Counted from the stretch's first letter, positions 26,422 through 34,797 are shown. The stretch is 47,175 nucleotides of DNA from an uncultured Ruminococcus sp. (GCA_964483225.1 CAZABU010000003.1:1-47175), one strand, 5' to 3'. The notes: generated by a model from the letters alone, not told the origin. Numbers and translations: made by a program.

Positions 26422-26478
26422 ATAACGGAATGCTTTGGCGGCCCTTGCCGCAAAAAGAATCTTGAGAGGAGATATATC

Positions 26479-28164
26479 TTGAATTTAATTAAGGACAAAA
26501 TTATGGAGTCGGTGAAATCGGTATTGCCGATCGCGCTGATAGTGGTGGCGCTCAGCTTTACGCTCGTGCCCCTCTCCGCAGAAAATATGCTGCTATTCAT
26601 TATGGGTGTCGTGTGCCTGATATTCGGTATGAGCCTCTTTACCGCAGGTGCCGAGATGTCGATGCAGCCCTTGGGTACCAAGATAGGTACCTCTATTGCC
26701 GGCTCGGGCAAGATATGGCTCATTGCCTTCGTAAGCTTTATTATAGGTATTCTGGTTACCATATCCGAGCCCGATCTGCAGATCCTTGCCGAGCAGGTAA
26801 GCGGTCTGAAAAACGAGATACTGATACTGACCGTTTCCGTTGGCGTTGGCATCTTCCTGCTTATGGCGGTGCTCAGAATACTCTTTAACGTGAGCCTGGC
26901 TCTGATGATGGTAGTATTCTACGCGGTAGCCTTCGTGCTTGCCTTCTTCGTGGATCCCTCATTCCTTTCCCTTGCCTTTGACTCGGGCGGAGTTACCACG
27001 GGTCCCATGACCGTCCCCTTCATTATGTCCATCGGTGCAGGTGTTTCGGCGGCGAAGATATCCGGCGGCGGCCGTGGCGACTCCTTCGGTATCACCGGTC
27101 TTTGCAGCATCGGCCCCATCATCTCCGTGCTGGTGCTGGGAATCGTTATGAAGGTTGAGGGTACCTATGAGCCCTCCGTCCCCGCAGTTATGGAGGACAC
27201 CAGAGAGGGACTCGTTCTCTTCCTTCACGGCTTTGTAGAGCATGCCGTCGACGTGCTCGTGGCTCTCACTCCCATAATCGTTTTTGCAATAATCTTCCAG
27301 TACGTTACCAGAGCCTTTAACAAGGGTCAGCTCATCCGTATGGCCGTCGGTATCGTGTACGTCCTCGTGGGACTTACCGTTTTCCTTACCGGTGCAAACG
27401 TCGGCTTCCTTCCTACGGGTACCGCTATTGGAAGCGCCCTCGGCGGCATTGGCGGCGGCTGGCTCCTCGTTCCGATAAGCATGCTGCTCGGTTACTTCAT
27501 CGTAAAGGCCGAGCCCTCGGTCTACGTGCTCAACAAGCTGGTTGAGAAGATGAGCGCCGGCGCAATTTCGGGTAAGACCACCGGCTTCGGTCTGTCCGTG
27601 GGTGTGTGCGCGGCTCTCGGCCTCTCGGCCATCAGAATTATCACGGGAATACACATTCTCTGGTTCCTTATCCCCGGTTATATAATCGCCATCGGCCTCT
27701 CCTTCTTCGTTCCCAAGATGTTCGTGGGTATCTCCTTCGATGCGGGCGGAGTTGCAAGCGGTACGATGATGAGTGCCTTTGTGCTTCCTCTTTGTATGGG
27801 CGCCTGCAACGCCCTGGGCGGAAACGTTATGACCGACGCCTTTGGCTGCGTTGCCATGGTTGCGATGGCACCTATAATCGCCATCCAGCTTTGCGGACTT
27901 ACATACCGCGTTAAAAAGGCGGGCAGCGTGCGCAGATTCGTCAGCGCCTCCGAGACCTTCATTGATTACGGCTACCATGAGGCAAAGCGTCGCGCTGAGA
28001 GCGTAAAGCGCATCGCGTCGGCAGAGGGCGGCGTTCGTACAGTGCAGAAAAAGCGTACGGCAGATAAGGCCGCGACCACCGACGGTGCAGAGCAGACCGC
28101 AGAGGCTCCCGCCGAGAAAAGTGTTGCTTCCGTGGTCGCAGAGGGAAAGGCTGGTGAGAACTGA
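26479..28164 (+). CDS. DUF1538-type polytopic membrane protein (two fused homologous halves) with a disordered C-terminal tail
   Basis: 561 aa, extremely hydrophobic and Gly-rich. It has two similar halves (for example FDSGGVTTGPMTVPFIMSIG versus FDAGGVASGTMMSAFVLPLC). The TTG start is 6 nt after a GAGAGGAG RBS. The family call is from memory of the FDxGGVxxG repeat and the P-II neighbour. Confidence 0.6.
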   Translation: MNLIKDKIMESVKSVLPIALIVVALSFTLVPLSAENMLLFIMGVVCLIFGMSLFTAGAEMSMQPLGTKIGTSIAGSGKIWLIAFVSFIIGILVTISEPDLQILAEQVSGLKNEILILTVSVGVGIFLLMAVLRILFNVSLALMMVVFYAVAFVLAFFVDPSFLSLAFDSGGVTTGPMTVPFIMSIGAGVSAAKISGGGRGDSFGITGLCSIGPIISVLVLGIVMKVEGTYEPSVPAVMEDTREGLVLFLHGFVEHAVDVLVALTPIIVFAIIFQYVTRAFNKGQLIRMAVGIVYVLVGLTVFLTGANVGFLPTGTAIGSALGGIGGGWLLVPISMLLGYFIVKAEPSVYVLNKLVEKMSAGAISGKTTGFGLSVGVCAALGLSAIRIITGIHILWFLIPGYIIAIGLSFFVPKMFVGISFDAGGVASGTMMSAFVLPLCMGACNALGGNVMTDAFGCVAMVAMAPIIAIQLCGLTYRVKKAGSVRRFVSASETFIDYGYHEAKRRAESVKRIASAEGGVRTVQKKRTADKAATTDGAEQTAEAPAEKSVASVVAEGKAGEN

Positions 28165-28904
28165 TGAAAAAGATCAGCGACAATAAAAAAGTAAAGCTCC
28201 TTGTGGGTATAATCAACAAGGAGGATGAGCTCAGATTTACCGATATCGTCAACGAATACGCTACGGCGGTGCATTTCTCCGGCCTCGGCTACGGAACCGC
28301 GCGCTCAAGCTATATGACCTACTTCGGCTTCAACGAGATAGAGAAGTGCATCACTATGTCGCTTATACCCGGCGGCTCCGAGCACACCATTCTCAGTGCC
28401 ATCGGCCACGGGCTGAAGCTCTATCTTGTGGGAAGGGGAATCGCCTTTACGCTCCCCCTCTCGGGTATATCCAATCTGATAAACGACGCGGTGCTCTCGG
28501 GCGTTGATAAGTCCGATAGGCCTATGGGCAAGAGAGCCCCCATTTCAAAGAAAAAGGAGAAGGAACGGATGCATGAGCTTGTAATCGCGGTGGTAAACAG
28601 CAAGTACACCGACATAGCAATAGAGGCGGCAAGAGCCGCAGGCGCGACCGGCGCTACTATATTCAACACCAAAAGTATAAATAACGCAAAGGCGGAGCAG
28701 AGCATCGGTACTACTCTCAGACAGGAGACCGACAGCATCTTCTTCTTGACCAGCCTTGAGTATAAGACCAAGATCATGGAGGCGGTGCGTGACGTTGCCG
28801 GCCTCAAGACCGAGGGAAGTGCAATAATCTTCTCTCTCCCCGTTGACGATCTCGTAGGCATCGGCCGCTTCGAGGAATATATCGACGGAGAGGAAGACCG
28901 CTGA
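28164..28904 (+). CDS. Tandem P-II-like signal-transduction protein (two P-II-fold halves)
   Basis: The ATG overlaps the upstream TGA (TGATG). Both halves show a beta-alpha-beta / loop / beta-alpha-beta pattern resembling GlnB-like proteins: KLLVGIINKEDELRFTDIV...GIAFTLPLSGI and HELVIAVVNSKYTDIAIEAARAAGATGATIF...GSAIIFSLPVDDLVGI. Confidence 0.6.
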   Translation: MKKISDNKKVKLLVGIINKEDELRFTDIVNEYATAVHFSGLGYGTARSSYMTYFGFNEIEKCITMSLIPGGSEHTILSAIGHGLKLYLVGRGIAFTLPLSGISNLINDAVLSGVDKSDRPMGKRAPISKKKEKERMHELVIAVVNSKYTDIAIEAARAAGATGATIFNTKSINNAKAEQSIGTTLRQETDSIFFLTSLEYKTKIMEAVRDVAGLKTEGSAIIFSLPVDDLVGIGRFEEYIDGEEDR

Positions 28905-28926
28905 TTCAGGAAGGGGGTAGAGGAGA

Positions 28927-30459
28927 GTGAGAAAGCTCGGAAAGATACTGTTTTCCCGATACGCAGTCTCGGCGGTAGTTATCATCCTTGAGGTCATCTC
29001 CATCGTCTATCTCTATCTGAGCGCGTCGACGTATTCGTATACAGCCTTTGTCTTCGCCCTCATAGTGGATCTGCTTATCCTTGTGGCGATCGTCAATATG
29101 GACGCTAACCCGGAGTATAAGGTATCCTGGCTCGTGGTGGTGCTGGCGCTCCCGGTTGCAGGCGCCGTGCTCTATCTGATGTTTTACAGACGCCGTCTTT
29201 CCCGCAGGGAATCGCGGCTTATGCGAGGCACGTTGAAGGAGATCTCGGCGTATAATACGGGCGATGCACTGACCGAGCTTCGCGAGGAGAGTGCTGCCGC
29301 CGCCGGCGTGGCCTCGGCCATAGCGGGCGAGGACCCGATCTCGTCGGTCTATCGCGGCACGGCATCGAGATTTTTCTCCTCGGGCGAGGAGTATTTCGGT
29401 GCGCTGGAGGCGGATCTTGCCTCTGCGGAGCACTACGTTTTTATAGAGTATTTCATTATAGCGCGGGGCTCCCTCTGGGACGGCGTTCACAAAATTCTGC
29501 GTGAGAAGGCTCAGGCAGGCGTGGACGTGCGCATAATTTACGATGACCTCGGCTGTATGGGAAAGCTCCCCTCTCATTACGAGCTGATTTTGCGCTCTGA
29601 GGGGATAAAGTGCCAGCGCTTCAATAAGCTGCGCCCCATCGCCAGCATCGCTCACAATAACCGCGACCACAGAAAAATATGCATCGTTGACGGCAGGGTC
29701 TGCTATACCGGCGGTGTTAATATCGCCGATGAGTACGTCAACCGTAAGATGCCCTTCGGGCATTGGAAGGACGGCGGTATTCGTTTAGAGGGGCTTGCCG
29801 TTGCGGGCTTCCTCGGGAGCTTTCTTTCCACCTGGGACCTCACATCAAGGACGGTCAGCGATTATGAGCAGCTGCTTTCCTCCGTAGAGCCCGCAGAGGA
29901 GAGCGACGGCGGATATTATATGCCCTTCGGCTCGGGTCCCTACCCGATATATAAGCGCCCGGTGGGCAAGAACGTTTTTCTCAATACGATAAACCGCTCC
30001 GACCGCTATCTTTATATCACCACCCCCTATCTCGTCATCGACTACGACCTGACCGAGGCTCTTTGCAACGCGGCGGCGCGGGGTGTGGACGTCAGGATAA
30101 TCACGCCGGGCATCGCCGATAAAAAAATCGTGAAAATAATGACCAAGAGCACCTACCCCGGGCTTATGAAGGCGGGCGTTAAGATATATGAATACGCCCC
30201 CGGCTTCATTCACGAAAAAACTCTTGTCTGTGACGACAGCTACGCCGTTGTCGGCACGATAAATCTGGATTACCGCTCCCTGATGCACAACTTCGAGTGC
30301 GCCGTCTGGATGTATAAGACGGGTACGGTCACCGATGCCAAAGAGGCCTTCCTTGCGACTCTGGAGGACTGCGCCGAGGTGGACGGAAAGTTTGCAAAGC
30401 TCACCTTCTGCGAGTGGCTGGTGCGCTGCGGAGTCAAAATATTCGCGCCCATGCTTTGA
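28927..30459 (+). CDS. cls: Cardiolipin synthase (PLD superfamily)
   Basis: Two N-terminal TM segments are followed by two HKD motifs: HRKICIVDGRVCYTGGVNI and HEKTLVCDDSYAVVGTINLD. The GTG start is 22 nt after the P-II-like stop. Confidence 0.88.
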   Translation: MRKLGKILFSRYAVSAVVIILEVISIVYLYLSASTYSYTAFVFALIVDLLILVAIVNMDANPEYKVSWLVVVLALPVAGAVLYLMFYRRRLSRRESRLMRGTLKEISAYNTGDALTELREESAAAAGVASAIAGEDPISSVYRGTASRFFSSGEEYFGALEADLASAEHYVFIEYFIIARGSLWDGVHKILREKAQAGVDVRIIYDDLGCMGKLPSHYELILRSEGIKCQRFNKLRPIASIAHNNRDHRKICIVDGRVCYTGGVNIADEYVNRKMPFGHWKDGGIRLEGLAVAGFLGSFLSTWDLTSRTVSDYEQLLSSVEPAEESDGGYYMPFGSGPYPIYKRPVGKNVFLNTINRSDRYLYITTPYLVIDYDLTEALCNAAARGVDVRIITPGIADKKIVKIMTKSTYPGLMKAGVKIYEYAPGFIHEKTLVCDDSYAVVGTINLDYRSLMHNFECAVWMYKTGTVTDAKEAFLATLEDCAEVDGKFAKLTFCEWLVRCGVKIFAPML

Positions 30460-30485
30460 CGGCAAGGGTAATACCGTATACAAAC

Positions 30486-30516
30486 AAAAAGAGCAAACAC
30501 GTGTTTGCTCTTTTTC
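30486..30516. terminator. Bidirectional rho-independent terminator
   Basis: The perfect palindrome GAGCAAACAC/GTGTTTGCTC is flanked by AAAAA and TTTTT. It sits between the convergent cls and EamA genes. Confidence 0.8.
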
Positions 30517-30568
30517 TATCCCGGGAAGAATTAGTAATCATTTGGATTGCGGCGTACAAGGGAGGAGC

Positions 30569-31465
30569 TTAAACGGACTTCTTTTTATGCTTCGCGTTTG
30601 AAAACCAGATGCTTCCGCTAATGAGCAAAAAGGCGATCAGATACTGTATCTTCCAGATATTCTCGCCCAGTATCAACGCGCCGAAGATGCAGGCAAACAC
30701 GGGCTCGGCAAATTTGATGATAAACAGCCTTGACAGCTCGCCGTTTTTGACGATTCCGAACCAGATGCAATAGCTGACGACGGATGCGGCGCAGATATAT
30801 ACCATAATCCAAATCGAGGCTTCCCACCTGAAATCAACTCTTCCGCCCATGAAAAGGCCTACGGCGAGCAAAACGATACCGCCGAACAGCTGTGAGATTC
30901 CCGTAGCGGTGATGGGGGCTACCTTTTCGAACACCTTTTTACTGATCACGTTAGAGAATACGGTGCAAAATGAGGCGCACAGGATCAGGACATCTCCTAT
31001 GGAAAATGAAAATCCGTCCGAGCTGATATTCAGCGCAACGATGCCGAGAAATCCTATCATAGCGGCAACGATCTTTTTGGCGGTCGGCTTATCCTCTTTG
31101 ATGAAGAGAAAGGAAAAGCAAACGTAAAAGAGCGCGCCGATCTGCTTGATAAGAGCTGTTTTCGAGCTATCTGTCAGCTCAAGCCCCAAATAGGTAAACC
31201 CATAATGAAGAATAATGGCAAACACGCCCGACAGCAGGATCGGAAGGAAGGAATTCTTTACCGGGCGGTAGGAGCCCCTGTCACGAATGGCGGCATAAAG
31301 ACAGATCACACCGCCGCAGATAACAAAACGGATCCCCGCAAACAACAGAATATCGGCGGTGCTTTCAACCGCATATGCCGAGAATCCGAGCTTGACCATC
31401 GGAAACAGCGAGCCCCACAGAAGCATCGTTAACAGTGCGAGCCAAATCGTTTTACTTTTACTCAT
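30569..31465 (-). CDS. EamA/DMT-family transporter (10 TM segments)
   Basis: About 298 aa with two EamA-like halves. A/T-rich codon usage is visibly different from the neighbours. I prefer the ATG at 31465 (MSKSKTIW); a GTG at 31474 is also possible. Confidence 0.8.
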   Translation of the reverse strand: MSKSKTIWLALLTMLLWGSLFPMVKLGFSAYAVESTADILLFAGIRFVICGGVICLYAAIRDRGSYRPVKNSFLPILLSGVFAIILHYGFTYLGLELTDSSKTALIKQIGALFYVCFSFLFIKEDKPTAKKIVAAMIGFLGIVALNISSDGFSFSIGDVLILCASFCTVFSNVISKKVFEKVAPITATGISQLFGGIVLLAVGLFMGGRVDFRWEASIWIMVYICAASVVSYCIWFGIVKNGELSRLFIIKFAEPVFACIFGALILGENIWKIQYLIAFLLISGSIWFSNAKHKKKSV

Positions 31466-31741
31466 CACAGCCACTCAAAACGCCCTTTCCGATATTTTCA
31501 CAGCGTTTCAAAATAGTTTTGTTTTCATCAACGAGTATCGCCTTCATTATGTTTACCTCGCAAATTATGTTCTTTGAAATGCTCGTACATTTTTCTCTTT
31601 TACTGCTCAGGCAAGCGCGGTGGCAGTCAATTGTGAAGCTTCGTTTTTATGATCTCACTTCTGAGAAAAGTATATCACAAGCATAGGCCTCGGTAAATAT
31701 CAAATGTGTTATAATTTATCATATTTGATATAAAAGATATA

Positions 31742-32545
31742 TCATTCGCCCTCGGCGGGCAGCTCGGTGCTTCGGTAGCTGCCGGGAGTGAGGCCGGTCA
31801 CCTTCTTGAAAAGCGTCTTGAAATGTGAGTCGGAGGAAAAGCCGCATTCCTCGGATATCACCGTCAGAGGGGCGCCTGTTTCGGTCAGCATACGCTTGGC
31901 ATGGTTGATGCGCAGAGAGGTGAGGTAGTCGTGTGGCGTACAGCACAGCTCCCGCTTGAAGAGGCGGAGGAGCTGGGGCTTAGAGTAGCCGGAGAGGGAG
32001 CACAGGTCCTCGAGGGAGATATGCGACGAGAAATTCCTTTCCATATAATAAATACACGCTCTTATGGCGGGGTTGAGCCTCTTTGGAGTATGCAGGCCGT
32101 TATAGAGAGTGCAGAGCAGGGAAAGGAGCAGGGCGCTAAGCTCCGCTGTGGCGGTAAGGGATGCGGAGTGGAAGAGCCGCAGCATTTTTTCAAATACGCG
32201 TGTGGGCTCGTTTCCCGCGTGGAAGAATTCGGGTATTCCGTCGAGGATGGGGTTTTTGTATATGACTCCCGCTTCGCCGAAATCGAAATAAACGGTATAG
32301 CATCTCCAATGGGGCAGGCTGCAAAGCTCGGTGCCCGGGCGGGTGAAGCGGACGTCACCGGAGTGGATGGGGTTTTCCTCCCCGTTTATGAATACCGAGC
32401 CGTCTCCGTCGATATAATAGCTCAGCTCGTAGTATTCTGATATCCTGCTCCGTGTTCTTGCGGCGGGGTAGCCGCCCGTATTCGTGGTTCGGCAGATGGA
32501 TATTCTCGGCAGCATATAGGCCGAGTCAAGCTCGCGGATCTCCAT
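31742..32545 (-). CDS. AraC-family transcriptional regulator (cupin plus HTH)
   Basis: The C-terminal double HTH reads LEDLCSLSGYSKPQLLRLFKRELCCTPHDYLTSLRINHAKRMLTETGAPLTVISEECGFSSDSHFKTLFKKVTGLTPGSYR. I chose the ATG at 32545 behind a GGAGG RBS. Confidence 0.85.
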   Translation of the reverse strand: MEIRELDSAYMLPRISICRTTNTGGYPAARTRSRISEYYELSYYIDGDGSVFINGEENPIHSGDVRFTRPGTELCSLPHWRCYTVYFDFGEAGVIYKNPILDGIPEFFHAGNEPTRVFEKMLRLFHSASLTATAELSALLLSLLCTLYNGLHTPKRLNPAIRACIYYMERNFSSHISLEDLCSLSGYSKPQLLRLFKRELCCTPHDYLTSLRINHAKRMLTETGAPLTVISEECGFSSDSHFKTLFKKVTGLTPGSYRSTELPAEGE

Positions 32546-32560
32546 TGTTACCTCCAAAAA

Positions 32561-32580
32561 ATGATAATATTCCGCATTTT
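32561..32580. repeat. 20-nt motif ATGATAATATTCCGCATTTT (copy 1), candidate operator
   Basis: It matches 34778-34797 at 19 of 20 positions. It lies 18 nt upstream of the -35 of the 32598-32626 promoter, in the AraC/Fe-S divergent region. Confidence 0.4.
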
Positions 32581-32597
32581 AATGCTGTGATACAGTA

Positions 32598-32626
32598 TTG
32601 CGCGCGGACGTATATGGGTGTATAAT
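32598..32626 (+). promoter_or_regulatory. Sigma-A promoter (TTGCGC-17-TATAAT) for the Fe-S protein / U32-like pair
   Basis: TTGCGC is at 32598-32603 and TATAAT at 32621-32626, about 35 nt upstream of the ATG at 32661 (RBS AAGGAAGGA). Confidence 0.55.
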
Positions 32627-32660
32627 AAAGCTGTAAACTTGAAAAAGGAAGGATTTATCT

Positions 32661-33737
32661 ATGAACGCACAGGAAATCAAGCAGCTGGCATATCAGTGCG
32701 GTGCCGACATCTGCGGTATCGCATCTATGGATAGGTTTGAGGGCGCACCCCCTCAGATGGACCCCCGCTTTATAATGCCCGAGGCAAAGAGCATGATCGT
32801 TATGGGCTTCCGCGTTATGCGCGGCTCGCTCCGCGGTATCGAGGAGGGTACCTTCTTCTCCAACTATTCCGCTATGGGCTATGGCGGCCTTACCTACAAC
32901 TACATACCTATGACCGTCATCAATATGTGTAAGGTCATCGAGGACGAGGGCTATGAGGCAATTCCCATCGGCCACCAGAGCGACTGGCGCGCTATTGACA
33001 ACAAGGGAAATATGCGTGAGCATTATTCCAAGCCCGTCGAGGAGGGCAAGCCCGCTCCCGACATTATGCTCCATCTCCGCATTTGTGCCTATCTTGCAGG
33101 CCTTGGCGAGATAGGATACAGCAAGATGCTCCTCACTCCCGAGTTCGGCCCCCGTTTGAGAATCGGCGTGATTCTCACCGAGCTGGAGCTTGAGCCCGAC
33201 CCCATTTACGACGGCCCTAAGCTTTGCAACAGATGTATGGCCTGCGTCCGTGAGTGTCCCGGCCACGCCATCAGCCCCGTTAAGACCGTAAAGGTGACTC
33301 TCGCGGGTCACGAGGTAGAGTGGGGCGAGCTCGATTGCGACGCCTGCGACCTTGCCTTCCGCGGCGGTGTTGCCTGCGAGGAGGGGGAAAAGGGTACCTA
33401 CCAGGAGGGTATGGATAACGTGAAGCCCGGCTCCCATTCTCCCTTCTACTACAAGCCCAAGAATCTTTACAACTCCGGCCAGGCCGTCTGCGGCGCAAAG
33501 GGCTGTACCAGAGCCTGCATGATCAGCCTTGAAAAGCGCGGAGTGCTGAAGAACACCTTCAAGAAGCCCTTCAGAAGAAAGCCCCTCTGGAGCGTTGACT
33601 GGTCGGATTACGAGCCCATCGAGGGCAACAGCTCCGCCTCCCTCAGCGACCTCGGTATTATGAAGGGGATAATGGACAAGAGATCTGCCGGAGGCGACAA
33701 CGAGCTTGCCCGGGCGCACGAGAAGGAAGCAGACTGA
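32661..33737 (+). CDS. RdhA/QueG-superfamily iron-sulfur protein (2x[4Fe-4S]-type), cytoplasmic
   Basis: The N-terminal block LAYQCGADICGIASMDRF and the segment GLGEIGYSKMLLTPEFGPRLRIGVILTE are typical of epoxyqueuosine-reductase / reductive-dehalogenase-like proteins. There is a ferredoxin motif CNRCMACVRECP and a second Cys cluster CGAKGCTRAC. No TAT or signal peptide is present. Confidence 0.6.
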   Translation: MNAQEIKQLAYQCGADICGIASMDRFEGAPPQMDPRFIMPEAKSMIVMGFRVMRGSLRGIEEGTFFSNYSAMGYGGLTYNYIPMTVINMCKVIEDEGYEAIPIGHQSDWRAIDNKGNMREHYSKPVEEGKPAPDIMLHLRICAYLAGLGEIGYSKMLLTPEFGPRLRIGVILTELELEPDPIYDGPKLCNRCMACVRECPGHAISPVKTVKVTLAGHEVEWGELDCDACDLAFRGGVACEEGEKGTYQEGMDNVKPGSHSPFYYKPKNLYNSGQAVCGAKGCTRACMISLEKRGVLKNTFKKPFRRKPLWSVDWSDYEPIEGNSSASLSDLGIMKGIMDKRSAGGDNELARAHEKEAD

Positions 33738-33757
33738 AAAATCACGGAGGCCCCCTT

Positions 33758-34777
33758 ATGCTGAAGCTATCGGTAGGATATCAATATAATGAAAGACTGC
33801 CCTTTTCCTCGGTCGTCAGCCGATATGCCGAGCATATCGACGAGGTGTATTTTTCGTGGGTGGATAGCCCAAGCGGCAGATCTGTGATCGGCGGCTACGA
33901 CGGCTATTTTGATTACGGACTCCAGAGCACTCTCCTTGAGGAGCTTCGGGCGATAAAGGCGAATAATGTAAAGCTTGATTTACTTTTCAACGCTAATTGC
34001 TACGGAGCCGACGCGATGAGCGAGGTCTTGCGCGGCAGGGTCTATTCCGTGATAGACTATCTTCAGCAGATGGAGCTTATGCCCGAGGTGATAACCACGA
34101 CATCGCCCGCTATCGCCTATATGATAAAGGAGAGATACGAGGGCGTTGAGCTGCGCGCCTCGGTGAATATGAAGATATCCACCGTCAAGGGTATGAGCTA
34201 CGTTTCCCATCTCTTTGACAGCTTCTGCGTGGCCAAGGAATGTAACCGCGACCTTAAAAGGCTTCGCGAGCTGCGGGAATACGCCGACGAGTGCGGCAAG
34301 CGCCTTACGATGCTGGCGAACAGCGGCTGTATGCGTGACTGCTCCGGTCAGATATTCCACGACAATATGGTTGCCCACGAGGCGGAGATCGCAAAGCAGA
34401 AGAATATCGACTTTATGCCCTATATGTGCTGGAACTATCTGAAGGATAAGAATAACCGCCCCGCGGTGCTTCAGAACACCTGGGTGAGGCCGGAGGATAT
34501 CGACCGCTACGAGGGACTTGTGGATCTCGTGAAGCTGGCGACCCGTGCCCACGCCCTGCCGGGAATGGTTATCGCCGCCTATGCGAAGCGCAGATATTAC
34601 GGAAATCTGCTGGACCTCTTTGAGCCCGGCTTCAGTCCCGCCTTTCTGCCCTATGTGGTCGATAGCTCCAAGATCCCCGAGGATTTCTGGCGCGTGACGG
34701 TTGAATGCGACAAGCGCTGTGACCGCTGCAGCTACTGCAGGACGGTGCTTGAGGGCGCTCTCGAGATGGAAATGTAA
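33758..34777 (+). CDS. Peptidase-U32-family-like protein (putative Fe-S enzyme) with a C-terminal Cys cluster
   Basis: The layout parallels U32 proteins: ...LLFNANCYG..., ITTTSPAIAYMIKERYEGVELRASVNMKI, then LTMLANSGCMRDCSGQ, which resembles the U32 GALCxxxSGxC block. The extra C-terminal cluster is CDKRCDRCSYC. The assignment is by eye only. Confidence 0.45.
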   Translation: MLKLSVGYQYNERLPFSSVVSRYAEHIDEVYFSWVDSPSGRSVIGGYDGYFDYGLQSTLLEELRAIKANNVKLDLLFNANCYGADAMSEVLRGRVYSVIDYLQQMELMPEVITTTSPAIAYMIKERYEGVELRASVNMKISTVKGMSYVSHLFDSFCVAKECNRDLKRLRELREYADECGKRLTMLANSGCMRDCSGQIFHDNMVAHEAEIAKQKNIDFMPYMCWNYLKDKNNRPAVLQNTWVRPEDIDRYEGLVDLVKLATRAHALPGMVIAAYAKRRYYGNLLDLFEPGFSPAFLPYVVDSSKIPEDFWRVTVECDKRCDRCSYCRTVLEGALEMEM

Positions 34778-34797
34778 ATGATAACATTCCGCATTTT
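34778..34797. repeat. 20-nt motif ATGATAACATTCCGCATTTT (copy 2)
   Basis: It starts directly after the U32-like stop codon, matches copy 1 at 19 of 20 positions, and is followed 4 nt later by TATAAT (34802-34807). Confidence 0.4.

Noticed and set aside
25016-27978. Minus-strand ORFs 25016-26176, 26367-26852 and 26959-27978 lie opposite the GTPase-NYN and DUF1538 genes.
   Set aside because: These are antisense shadows. The sense strands carry unmistakable G motifs, NYN blocks and a membrane-protein pattern.
31458-31547. I considered reading the 29-codon ORF as a response-regulator pseudogene.
   Set aside because: Only about 15 residues (MKAILVDENKTILKR) resemble a receiver N terminus, and no further frame-shifted receiver sequence follows. 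It is kept only as a low-confidence uORF observation.
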